64,000 bases of DNA from Lingula anatina (taxonomy: Eukaryota; Animalia; Brachiopoda), in NCBI GenBank assembly GCA_051362555.1, contig CM120642.1, forward strand, positions 26,908,001-26,972,000. The letters are read 5' to 3'. Shown here in pieces: positions 26,875 through 37,600 of this stretch (its first letter is position 1; each line of letters begins with the position of its first letter). The notes under the pieces were generated by a model, which worked only from the letters and a program-made list of their open reading frames with translations, made no database searches and was not told where the DNA came from. Made by a program: the position numbers and the translations under genes.

Positions 26875-28085
26875 AGAACAGTTACCGGAATATTTTTGCT
26901 CTGATAGGGTACAATATGGTGTAGTGTTTGTCGATTGTCATCGCTGTCAACGTCGCTATGGAAGTTGCCATTGTCACAATCATAAGGTAATTGGTCAACT
27001 TACCTGTAAGGAAAGATGTTCATAAGGTAAAAAGTCAACTTATCTATAAAGAAAAACGCTCATAAAGTAATTGGTCAGCTTATCTGTAAAGAAAGATGCT
27101 CATAAGCTACATGTAAATGGTCAGCTTATCTGTAAAGAGATGCCTAATTTATTTTAAAATCAAAGATCATCATTACTCTGATACATGACTTCTATCTAAC
27201 CTATGCCCCTTGAATCTTGATTACCGTTGACTGTAACCGAATAATTGCCTACGTTTTATCTTGCTTTGATTTTAATAAAAAGACTTTTAATTTCTTTCAT
27301 TCGGTATTGAAAAATTTATAAATCAATCTTTTAATGTTTAAACATACATCACTACCCTATTTGAGACTTTATACTTCGTTATCACCTGTTGCTTTGCCAA
27401 TAAGTGTGATATAATACACTGTCAGCCGAGCGAAATGTGTAAATATCGGATAAATGAAAAACGTTACGAACCTTTGCCTTTCATTACCTATAAAATTATT
27501 TATTACCAATCATTCAATAAAAATCCCTAATAATTATCTATTATTACTAATTATTTACTACTTCATGACATTGCTTGTAGTACATAAAAATTCCACAATA
27601 TCGATTTTATAACTTCCGTGTGAACATCGCTTCAAAATTCATTGATCAAAAAAAAAAAATTCACTGTAAATGTAATCAATTGAAATATTATTGTAAAAAT
27701 AGTACTTACACATCCACTGCCCAAATGGCCAAGACTCCAAGATATACACGGTGGTAGTATACGGCACACAAAACACCAAAAACACCAAATCCGCCAGGGC
27801 CAGATTGAGAAAATAAAAGTTGGTCAAAGTCCGCATGTTTTTATTTCTGATAACTGCGACCACGATGAGCACGTTTCCCACGATTCCGATAAGAAACGCC
27901 ACCGTAAAAACAAACGGAATGAAAAACTGCGTCACATTTGGCGGGCCCTTGTTCAGTTCATAATCAAAGTAATAGTAATTGGAAAATAAGTCTGGATCCG
28001 TGAGACGCGTACAGTTCTTCTCAGACGCGTTGTCTGCTGTCGCGCAGTCATCCCAATAGTAATGGTAGTAGTGGTAGTCCTTCAT
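21201..28085 (-). CDS. Rhodopsin-class peptide GPCR, kisspeptin/galanin/allatostatin-A receptor-like, with non-canonical activation motifs (413 aa, 3 exons)
   Basis: Exons 28085-27710, 27003-26886, 21948-21201 (phase-1 and phase-2 GT-AG introns; 1242 nt, no stops). TM1 GIVGNVLIV, MRTLTNFYFLNLALADLVFLVFCVPYT, WPFGQWMCK, TM3 TLTAMTIDKHY, TM4 IWAGSLLLLLP, ECL2 Cys, TM5 FVLPLTTVTIFY, TM6 FFVAWFP, TM7 SSSIKPFVL, helix 8 NFKKAI. Confidence 0.93.
22113..22297. mobile_element. Foldback MITE family C (PIF/Harbinger-like)
   Basis: Inverted ends GGCCCCATTCAGAAT.. / ..ATTCTGACTTGGGCC, preceded by TAA; related to 23551-23738 and 33200-33430. Confidence 0.7.
22299..22454. repeat. Imperfect inverted repeat (~70-bp arms), probable MITE
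   Basis: The left arm CAGATCTTT..ACCCATATTGACCACATAACCCACAAACTAACCAGCAC..AAAGCG is mirrored by the reverse complement of 22386-22454. Confidence 0.65.
23551..23738. mobile_element. Foldback MITE family C (PIF/Harbinger-like)
   Basis: TTA target duplication on both sides; TIR GGCCTCATTCAGAACAGTGGACTAACTAGTCCGCGG / CCGCGGACCAGTTAGTCCGCTATTGTGAAGGCGGCC. Confidence 0.8.
25193..26827 (+). mobile_element. Full-length but decayed Tc1-family transposon (~1.63 kb) in GPCR intron 2
   Basis: Perfect terminal inverted repeats CAGACTTGACATTTAATA / TATTAAATGTCAAGTCTG with TA on each side, flanked by (CA)n and (TA)n. Transposase relic LPWSSKSPYLNHIDNMW (cf. Tc1 WPxxSPDLNPIENxW) at ~26300-26350; the frame is broken by stops. 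Confidence 0.9.
26981..27143. repeat. 40-bp minisatellite (4 units) spanning the GPCR exon-2 splice acceptor
   Basis: Units start at 26981, 27021, 27061 and 27101 (CATAAGGTAATTGGTCAACTTACCTGTAAGGAAAGATGTT and variants). Confidence 0.9.
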
Positions 28086-28244
28086 TTTCCTATCAATAAG
28101 AATTTGGCAAAAGCCTTTTTTGTTGAAGCTGGGTGTCTTAAAATGTTAGGCAGATATGACATTAAATCTGGTGCTTGCGATCTATTCGTGTCTTTTTTAA
28201 ACTTCTCACTTATCCTGCTTCCATGCGATATATATATATATATA

Positions 28245-28697
28245 TAGTGTGTGCCGAAACCAGTAAAACACTCGCCTCATTGGTTGATTATCTTTTGGTG
28301 ACGCAGATGGCTCTGAGAATCCTAATTTGTTACTTTACAATCTGTATCGTACGAGCGTTTTTAGTCATCCATTTTCATCTGTGGGGGTATCTCAAGGAAA
28401 ATGTGTACCAGAACTACCCACAAACAATTGGTGAACTGAAGGCAGCAACCACAGCAAAAATAAGGAAGACCCGAAGGAGGAATGAGTTTGAATAATTGAC
28501 AATTGCACGACATATGCAATTGTGCCTTCAATGCCGCGGACCATAACTTTTATAAAAACCGACCAAGGAAATCTAAACTAAGCGGAATGATGCATACACA
28601 TACTGAAGTTTAAGTCCGCCAAATTTCTTGAAATTTGATGGACCTTTGTAGGATTTAATAAAATTTATGTGAATTCTCTTTTATGGTCAATCTGTAT
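28245..28697 (+). mobile_element. Tc1/mariner-superfamily transposon relic just upstream of the GPCR ATG
   Basis: Transposase C-terminal motif FHLWGYLKENVYQNYPQTIGELKAA (cf. DFFLWGYLKxxVY..P.T..ELK); begins after a (TA)n run; boundaries approximate. Confidence 0.7.
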
Positions 28698-28759
28698 CAA
28701 TATTGCCCGCAACAATAGTCCCAACGCCCCAGCATCGCCCCCACCCCAACTGACACTAA

Positions 28760-28974
28760 GACCCCATTCCCACAGATTTTAGATCGATCTATCCCTGTAG
28801 GGAGTCTCACTAGATTACTGTCAGCTTAGCCGGCTTAAGCGTCTGTCCCGCCTACTAAAAGCTGTAAGGGGGTAATTAACTGTCGTGCGCGCTCGGCTGA
28901 CTGCAATTTAGCGTGAACCCCCAGGGAGATAGGTCGATCCGGATGGATCGATCCAAATCTCTTGGAATGCACTC
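28760..28974. mobile_element. MITE family A (PIF/Harbinger-like), copy 1
   Basis: TIR ..CATTCCCACAGATTTTAGATCGATC / GATCGATCCAAATCTCTTGGAATG..; TAA/TTA flanks; four copies in the window. Confidence 0.85.
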
Positions 28975-29373
28975 TTACAATGGACAATTTCCATTGTACA
29001 AAGGTCATTTTACTTGTGTGAAATTATTACCAATGGCACAACGGATTCAATTCTATTGATCGATCACCCCTAGTTTTATAGCCGAAGTGCGCTAGAAATA
29101 GATAAAACCAAATATATTTGATCCTCGCCTTATCATCGTCTTACAAACCTGTCTCATTTTTAGAAGTTGTTTGCAAATGTTTGCATTTCCAAGAAAGCAA
29201 ATAGTGTAATTCAATTTGAGGTACTTTTGTATAGCATATGGACGTCACTTATTTCATCTAGTCTTTATTATGTGTTGGAAAAAAGTACGCGGAGAACGTT
29301 TTTGACTCCACAAATAGAGTCCAATTACGAAAAAACAGTAATCTGTGGGTTTACTAAAATGTTTCATCATTAA

Positions 29374-29599
29374 GACTGGATTCCCACAGATTTAGATCGA
29401 TCCATCTGGATCGACCTAACTCCCTGGGGTTTCCCGCTTAATTACTGTCAGCTTCCAGGAGCCGGAAAAGAACAAAAGTTAATTAACCCATTACAGCTTT
29501 TTGGTAGACGGGACAGACATTTAAGCCGATTAAGTTGACAACAATCTAGTGAGGCTCCCCATAGGGATAGATCGATCTATATATCTGTGGAAAGGGGTC
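29374..29599. mobile_element. MITE family A, copy 2 (inverted relative to copy 1)
   Basis: TAA on both flanks; reverse-complement homology to 28760-28974. Confidence 0.85.
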
Positions 29600-29990
29600 T
29601 AAGACAGAAAAACCTCAAGGCAGCATGAGTCATATATATATATATATATTTTTTTTTTTTCATATATCAGATAAAAAGCAAACAATGCATGTAAGTATGA
29701 AACACTTAATATCCTTGTTAAAGTAACAATGTTGACAGTTAGAACAAATCTATCAGTCGTAAGAATTGGTTATAAAGAAGCAATCACAATTTCTAGATTA
29801 ACGTACTCCTCTGCATTATGGAAAACGTTGACCTCTCACTGCAGTCATATCAGGTGCCTCCTTTTGAACCTATTTTTTTTTTCAAATTCACCTCTCTGTC
29901 CTCTGTAACTGTCCTAATTTGGTGTCACTCTCTCAACGAATGCCAATGTCATTGAAACCACTCTGGTTATGACGTGACAAGGGTATAAGT

Positions 29991-30158
29991 CAGGGGCGGA
30001 TTTAGGCCGTCTTCTGGGTCTTCCAGAAGACGGTCAGATTTTCAAGTTTACATTGACGGGTATCCAATTTTTAATGTTGGAAGACGGTCAAAATTGGAGG
30101 ATGAATCAACAAAGATAATTTGGAAGACTGTCAGTATATAGCTCTGGATCCGCCCCTG
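29991..30158. mobile_element. Non-autonomous DNA transposon / MITE (CAGGGGCGGAT termini)
   Basis: CAGGGGCGGATTTAG ... CTGGATCCGCCCCTG, flanked by direct repeat TAAGT; internal GAAGACGGTCA sub-repeats. Confidence 0.8.
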
Positions 30159-31631
30159 TAAGTGACTCAGCCAAGCACCTGCCACTTGAATCCGGGTGAG
30201 GTACATATACCGGATTCACGAGGCCGAAAGAAATAAACAGGTCGAATGACGGCTCTGAATACATCAAGCGCCATCAGTGGCTTATACATAATTACATGTA
30301 TATATGTGTATATAAACGTATGTATATTGTGTTAAAACATTCGATAACATAATTTGAAAGTGTTAATGCTATCTAGAATATCGTCAACAGTTAACGTATA
30401 TCCTTTGCATGATGAAAGCAGTACGTTGGTGGTTATTCGAGTTAACGATAAGATAGTTCACTTTGGGTGGAAAAGTGGATATATAAACAGGTGCATTAGA
30501 TATATTTTCGAGCATTCTTTTAAGAATGGCAATACATATGTACAAGAAAACACGTCACTGTCTATAAACATAAAGTTCTGCTAAAAGTGTACACATAACC
30601 AACTCAAAAAACATGTGGACATCAGTAACAAGATATAGATCAAGCTAAGAAGAGAAGAGATAGCTTTTCATTTGCTGACGGACTTTTTTGTCAGTAACAA
30701 GTACATCGCGACTATACTTTTCTCCTTAAATAGAGATTTGAAACGAAGTGAAGTAAACGAAAACTTAAAAAAACGTGTCCACAATTGCCGTTTAAACAAT
30801 GGGTCAAGAATAATTTTAATCATGTCCCAGTTTCAAACAGGCACGGTAATCACTGAAGGTTACTGGTCAATTCACGTATCAAGATGCTTCATATATGCTA
30901 CATGTATGTGAAAAGCTAAACCTTGAAGTTGACCACTGCACTGACAAAAATGTTTAACTATGTAAAATCACGACAAATTGATAAGTATGACGGCATGTTC
31001 TGGCTAACAGTGAATATTGCAGCAGTATTCAAGACAGTCAGCAACAAACCAGCTTTAAGCTGTTTAATTCCATGAAAGTTATTCAAAAACTCTCCTCACT
31101 GCTATTTAATTTTCTGTTCTATTCTAGCTATAAGTAGCTAAGTATACGTCTTATGATATTAGCTTGGAAAACCATGCTCATATCATATTATTAGATTTCT
31201 TCTGAGTATTACTGTTCATCTGATTACATGACATGGGTAGCTCTGATTATCCGAATACTGTTGCTATTTTTGCCCGCAAAACAGCTTTCTAAGCTGCTTA
31301 AAAATAAGCTGTTACTTACTCTAATTCCACATATCATCTAATCATCTGATTAGTAGAACAAATAAGCACAGATGCTTAGAGTATGGTACATACATGGTCT
31401 TGCCTACCGTTAGGAGACTACTCTTATGAGACATACAGTTTTCACTTTAAAAGAAAGATAATTCTAATGTCCATTGTCACTTGTGTGATGATTTTGGCAA
31501 CCAAATATTTCCACACGATCTTAATGCTGGACCACTGCTGTGATAAATCAAAACGGTGTGTCACGTGAATCCGGCATTTACTGTTTTTGTTTTTTTAACT
31601 ATATTAAACATTTAGTTGTCTTTCCACCATG

Positions 31632-34600
31632 TTATACTTTTGTATTTGCTTCTGTTTCTTTCTCTTTTTCTTTTTCAGCTGTGTCCTTGCTTCCCTGATT
31701 TCCATTCATCTCGTTTATTTTGATGACTATTTCATTGCCGTATTCTTCATCTGAGGAAAGGCCGCGGTCCAATAATTTGTCCTTTCCTTCTACATCCGTT
31801 GCATCCTCGTTCTTTTTGCCCTATATTCATAAAAATGTGGTTAAGTATGACTAAGTGAGCATTTAAAAAGATGTTAAGTTGTTTGAATCGAGTATTTGTA
31901 CAATTTGTTTTTGGTGAAAAGGGTCTTTACATACACTAAAAACATTCTTTTCACACTTTTCAATAACGAAACTTTTCTGATTTCGCTGTGACTATAAAGA
32001 TAATTCAAAAATAATCCTTACTTCTGCTTCTTTCTGCCCTGGAAGCAGATCGTCCAGCCAAAATAGTTCTCTTTGGTTAAAGATTCTCTCAAGGAACTTC
32101 CTGACTACGCACATAAGTAACACCTGCAAGAAGACAAAAACTCCGGGGTCAGCGTGCTTTTGGTTTTTTTTGTTTTTTTATATATATTTCAGGTTATTGT
32201 TATACTATATATTGTAAGGGTTCATTGCCCGCTTTTTTACTACTTTAGATTATCCCTAGCCAAGATCGATATTTTGACGTGATTGCGCTCAGGTTGACGA
32301 CAGACACATCAGGGCGCTGTTGTTTGTTTCTGCATTCCTGGAAACTTGTGTTTTAGGTGACTATATATTTGTATCCTCTAATAAGTTCCTTACATTCTTT
32401 TATTCACATTTTTTAAATTTTGTATACAATTTAAGAAGCTGATATCAGAATTTGCGCCTTGGTACTTTTGTGTTTGTGTGTGCTTAGGTGGAATCTTTTG
32501 TTGAATACATCACAAAGGGTGCATTTAAATACCAGACCGCGATGTTTCAAATAAAGATTAAAAAAACAGTTGTGAGCACACAAACAATACCATCCAATTT
32601 GGCATAAGCCCAACAATCGATATTATCATTTGAAGGGACGAAACAAAATCACAAACATTTAATGTACACAGAGGGCTGTAAAATTCTTGAGCTCAGATAT
32701 ATGTCCTTACCATCAACGGAAAAGCGATAGAAATGGCCTTCACTGACTTCACGATCCACAACAAAATCAAGCAGACGATCTGTATTAAGGTGAAGATGTG
32801 AACACGCCTCGTCTTAACGTGCCGCAAAAACATATAGTCCGGTTGGTACTTGTTGGGCATAAATACGATCAGTACTCTCTGCACAAGCTAGAAATGTAGA
32901 AATATAATTTAACATCTTTAATTTATACATTTTTCTTACATGTTTTGGTAGTCTTTCATAATTGTTTTATTATACGGTTCAACCGCTTATGGTTGCTACA
33001 CGAAGAAATAAATGTTCTTTATCAGAACTACATCTTTTACGTCATTATTACAACGCAACACATAATTTCTTTTTCAAAATCGACTAAACAACGACATTAA
33101 GTATTAAAATGTTCACAGCATGACGAATACAGAATATTTCCTTCTGATATTTTCAAGATCACTAAAATTCAGCATCAGAGGGAGTATGTGAATTAGTTAG
33201 GCTCTGTTCACAACTTAGCTGAACCGGATCTAACTAAGCCGAGGCTCAAATATAGCTCGACCCACTTGAAAGCATGCCGCAGAAACCCTGCAGGGACGGC
33301 GCATGGGAGAGGCGGGGAATCCTTTTGGGCGGGGGGGGGGGGGGGGATTACGCGGTTGCTTTCAAGTGTGCGCTATATAAGTACTGCGGCTTAGTTAGGC
33401 CGGGGCTCCAATATGCTTGTGAACAAAGCCTTCATTTCGTCACCTACCTCTTTGTCGAATAGTGCTGACACGCCCATGTATAGAAATACCCCATACAATA
33501 CTGGCATAGGGACATACTAAAACATAAACAATAATAACAGTATTTGTTACACTTTAATATGATGAATTAAGCTATCTTTATCTGAAACTAATAAAAATCG
33601 TTGGGCCTATGTATTAACCTTTTTTTATATTCTGTCTTGCTCATTATTGTTTCTCTATGTATCTTATATATTTATCTATTTTTATACTTCTTTTGTTTAT
33701 TATTCATTTCATCTTTAAGCCCATTTTTTATTTTTTAATTTTATTATATTTTCTCTACATGTATATTGTTACCATATTTTAATTCTAGTATATTTTTATA
33801 GTTATTACCGCCATGGCATGACATAAAATCGGTTTAAAATAAATTTAACTGATTTCATGTCAAGTCACTGGAATAATAATTATTTCTAAAAAAGTGTTCA
33901 CGGCTTTACTGTATAATCATGTTATACTATGAGCAATATATGAATCACAGTTTAAGGGATCATTCCCAATGAAACTATCGATAATATCTTAATCTGATTG
34001 CATTCAGCGAGAGTCCACGTGGAGTTGGATCGATCTACGTAGAACATTGGTAACATTGGGAATGGGCCCTAACGAGCGCCGCTCTTACGTTGAGGTATGT
34101 CGACATGAACACAGACAAGCCCATCAACACGAAAATCACGAATCCGGTGACGCGTTGCTCCCTGGAATAAAAGTAATGAGTTGTGACGAATAGCGTAAAT
34201 CAAATATCAAATCTTTGTAACAAGGATGCTGAGTTTCGTTTCACATGTACATTCATTTTTTAATAAACTCATTAAAAGAAACAGATTATGCTTATATTAA
34301 TCCAGTGAACTTTATGTTACTTGCTGCAGTACACACAGTTGCACGCGCGCGCACACACACACGCACACATACACACACAAATGCTAGGACACACGTGGGA
34401 CTACACACCTCACTCCTAGAAACTCAGGTTTCTCTCCAGGGGCGCTGCACTCGCTTGTCATCTTCAAGCTGTTAATATGGGTCATTGACCTCACGGTCGC
34501 CGCCACCATCCAGGGCAGCCCAAATACAGAGCAAACTGCGATCTGAATCGTCAATACCATTACGTCCAAGTGGTAGCCACAGCCTTTCTAGAAGTACAAG

Positions 34601-37600
34601 GAGTAGAATGATCTTGAAAAGACATTGACAAACAAGAATACCAATGCTTATCAGCAGCACGTGAATAAACACCCTATGAAATTGTCCAAAGTATAAAAAG
34701 AAACAAAAGTATCAAACCGTAAAGACATTTATCCCAGACTTAGCAGGAAGAAATTATTTGAAAAGGTTAACAATTATTGAGTTACTATGGGACATCAATT
34801 ATTCTAAGCACAAGCAAATACCCTATGCACATGTAGAGACAAGTTTTGAAATCAACAGTGGAGTACTTACTGCATTAAAGGAGCTTTTGCAACCCCACAA
34901 ATCAATATTTGATCATCTAGCTTGCAGTTATGTTGGAACACACGTACTGTTATTGTTATTCATAGCTATGTTCTTTTAGATTCATTCACAGGGTTTTATT
35001 CAAAATAAAGAGCGACCCGCTGCGAACCAAATACTACCACAAACTTAATGTCCTTATTTCTTTTTAATTTTATCCATTCACTAAATATTGAGTTCATCTG
35101 AATTCAACCCTGAAAATTATAGAGGGACGGGTAAGACATGAAAGGGTGTTAACAGTGGATAGTGTAAAGTGCACATGTTTAAATGCACCTGATCACCGCT
35201 TCAGTGGTCTACTTACTTATTATTACCACTGTTTTATTTTATTTGTTCGTTCATTCATTCATTCATTCTTTGCAAAGGCCATTGGGTGGAAAAAATGACA
35301 TGGCGAGCACAAGGTATCATCGATAAGAAGTTCAGATTCCAAATATGCACACACACAATAATGTAATATTACCTTCAGTTTGTTTTCTTTGCGGTTCACG
35401 ATCACGGACGTAATTTGCTGGTCCATGAAAATGAGGATAGAAACCAACAGGGCGGGGATGGCCGCCGCGAGAATGGTCCACCATGCGTTGCTGCCCAGGG
35501 GGTTGACGATCCAGTTGCGATCAATCGATGGCTACAAATGTGAAAATATATAAAAAGAGTAAAAAAAAATTGAAATTCGTGTGTCGAAGACATGGTCATC
35601 CGTTTATGCAACGCAAATCTGCAGTAATATGAAATAATGCTTACCATTTCAAATATAGGCCTACAGTATACGCAATTACCTATTAGTTTAAACTGATAAA
35701 TATGCATCAAAATGGCTGTACCTGGAATTTGGTCGGCACTGACAGTTTTGGGGTTTTGATGTCAACAATACGGTCTGTGGTGACCATGATGGCGATAGCT
35801 ATGGGAACTGCAAAGTCCCCCACAATGGAACGCACCTGAATGGGTAAAAAGATGACAGTGCTAAGCAGGCAGCAGAAATAAATATTCAATTATTTCAATT
35901 TTTGATGAACTTATTTTATCCAAATAATCCAAACAAACAAGTAATGGAGGGGAACTTCAGTTGTCTGTGTGAATGTAATCCATTGTTTTGGTCAGTGTAA
36001 TGAAATGCACACGACTAATAGTGCAATTTTAAAATATATTATGCAGTCTAAATTACGCCAACAGACGATCTGGTTGTAATCAAGGAGGTACTAAAGCGAG
36101 GTGATGAGCACCCTAACAGGGTTCCCGTGCCCGTATAAATTAAACTGAAAACGCATCTATAAAGATCAACTAAAACTTGGTAAAAAAAAAAAACACCTAT
36201 CTACTTCCTTCTTCCTGGGTCCTTAAAGAACCTAGGCATATATGCCGAAAGCCCAAGTTTAAGTTGGTTTTTATAGATTTTAGCTTAATTTATTTAGTTC
36301 TTAAGCAAGATCAACACGGTGATTTTGGCGAAGCTTCAATATGCGCATCTAGTGACGTAAGTAAGACTACTTCCGGTTTAAGTTGAGTCAGGCCGATTTT
36401 GGCCTTCAGACATTATCCCCCCTTACCCTAGAGGGCAGGTAGCCGCTTCCTCTGAAGCTCTTCAAGGCCATGGCAATTGTGAATGTCCCAATGAAAAGCA
36501 AAATGGAGAAAAGGAACACATCGGGGACGTAAGGGGAGTCCGGACATCCGTCGCCAATCAGCTCGCCTCCAAAGTCGGCGCATCCTCGTTTAACAGCAAG
36601 AACAAACCCGTTCAGATTATCAGACATGGTGTAGTTTGCCCTGCCCAAAAGCTCGTCCAAATCCAAACGTATGATTCCCCCTTGAGTTGCGTTCATGCTG
36701 CTCATGGTTGTCATATTGCTTTGAGTCACATTTGGACGGTACTCACAGAAACAACTTTCTTGCGAATAATCCGCCGAGAATGTGTGTAGTTCAATAGGAG
36801 CTTTTTTCAAGATGTGGATAGATTTCTCGACAGCTTCAACGATGAAGATCACGGAAATCAACATAGCAAAACTTTCCTCGGTGAACTTGGTGATGTACCT
36901 GACCAGGGCGCTCAGGTCAAAGATTACGATGGTCAGTAGAATAAGCGCTGTCCACATCCCCTCCCAAAATCGGAATGGTAGGTAGTCAATACCGTTTTCT
37001 CTACAAAACACCAGTGTATATATGGTAATTGAATGAATGAACAACAGCACAAAGCATAACCGTAAATATAGTTATGCAATTCTTTCAGTGACTAAATTTA
37101 TGAGTATTTTTATTCTTCAGTGTAAATAATATGTAAATATATATCGTAAATTTCAATTGATTGTGTATATCATTAAATTAAAAAGTCGAAATTATGGTTC
37201 AAACTACTACGATCGATAACCAAGCAAATATGTTTGCGTGGGCATCTTTTAGGACATCCACAATTAGGCCTGGTCTTACAATGCATTATGTCGGACTCCA
37301 GTTCACTTACTTGCAAAACCTGTACGAAACCCCTTCAAAGACCAACATTGGTCCGGTACTGCCCATGATAGTGAGCGGCTGGCCAGAAAATAGCGCATAG
37401 GTTATCCCCACAAACCCAGCGGCCACAAGGTTCTCTATATTTGCCTGAACGAACGAGCAAAAATCAGCACTATGTGAGTTTTGTGTTCGCATTGGAGTTA
37501 CATGAATAAGTGTCAATGTAAGCTTTATACGTGTACTAAGAGCTGTCGCGTGTTCACGTGCACAGGTATGTATAAGAAAGACGTTTGTGTTTGTCAGAGA

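Noticed and set aside
26981-27143. Regularly spaced repeats as a CRISPR-like array
   Set aside because: Head-to-tail minisatellite with no unique spacers, in a eukaryotic intron; no cas genes.
21201-28085. Assigning a specific symbol (KISS1R, GALR, AstA-R) or pseudogene status to the GPCR
   Set aside because: Subfamily cannot be resolved without a phylogeny; the ORF and splice sites are intact, so pseudogene status is not supported.
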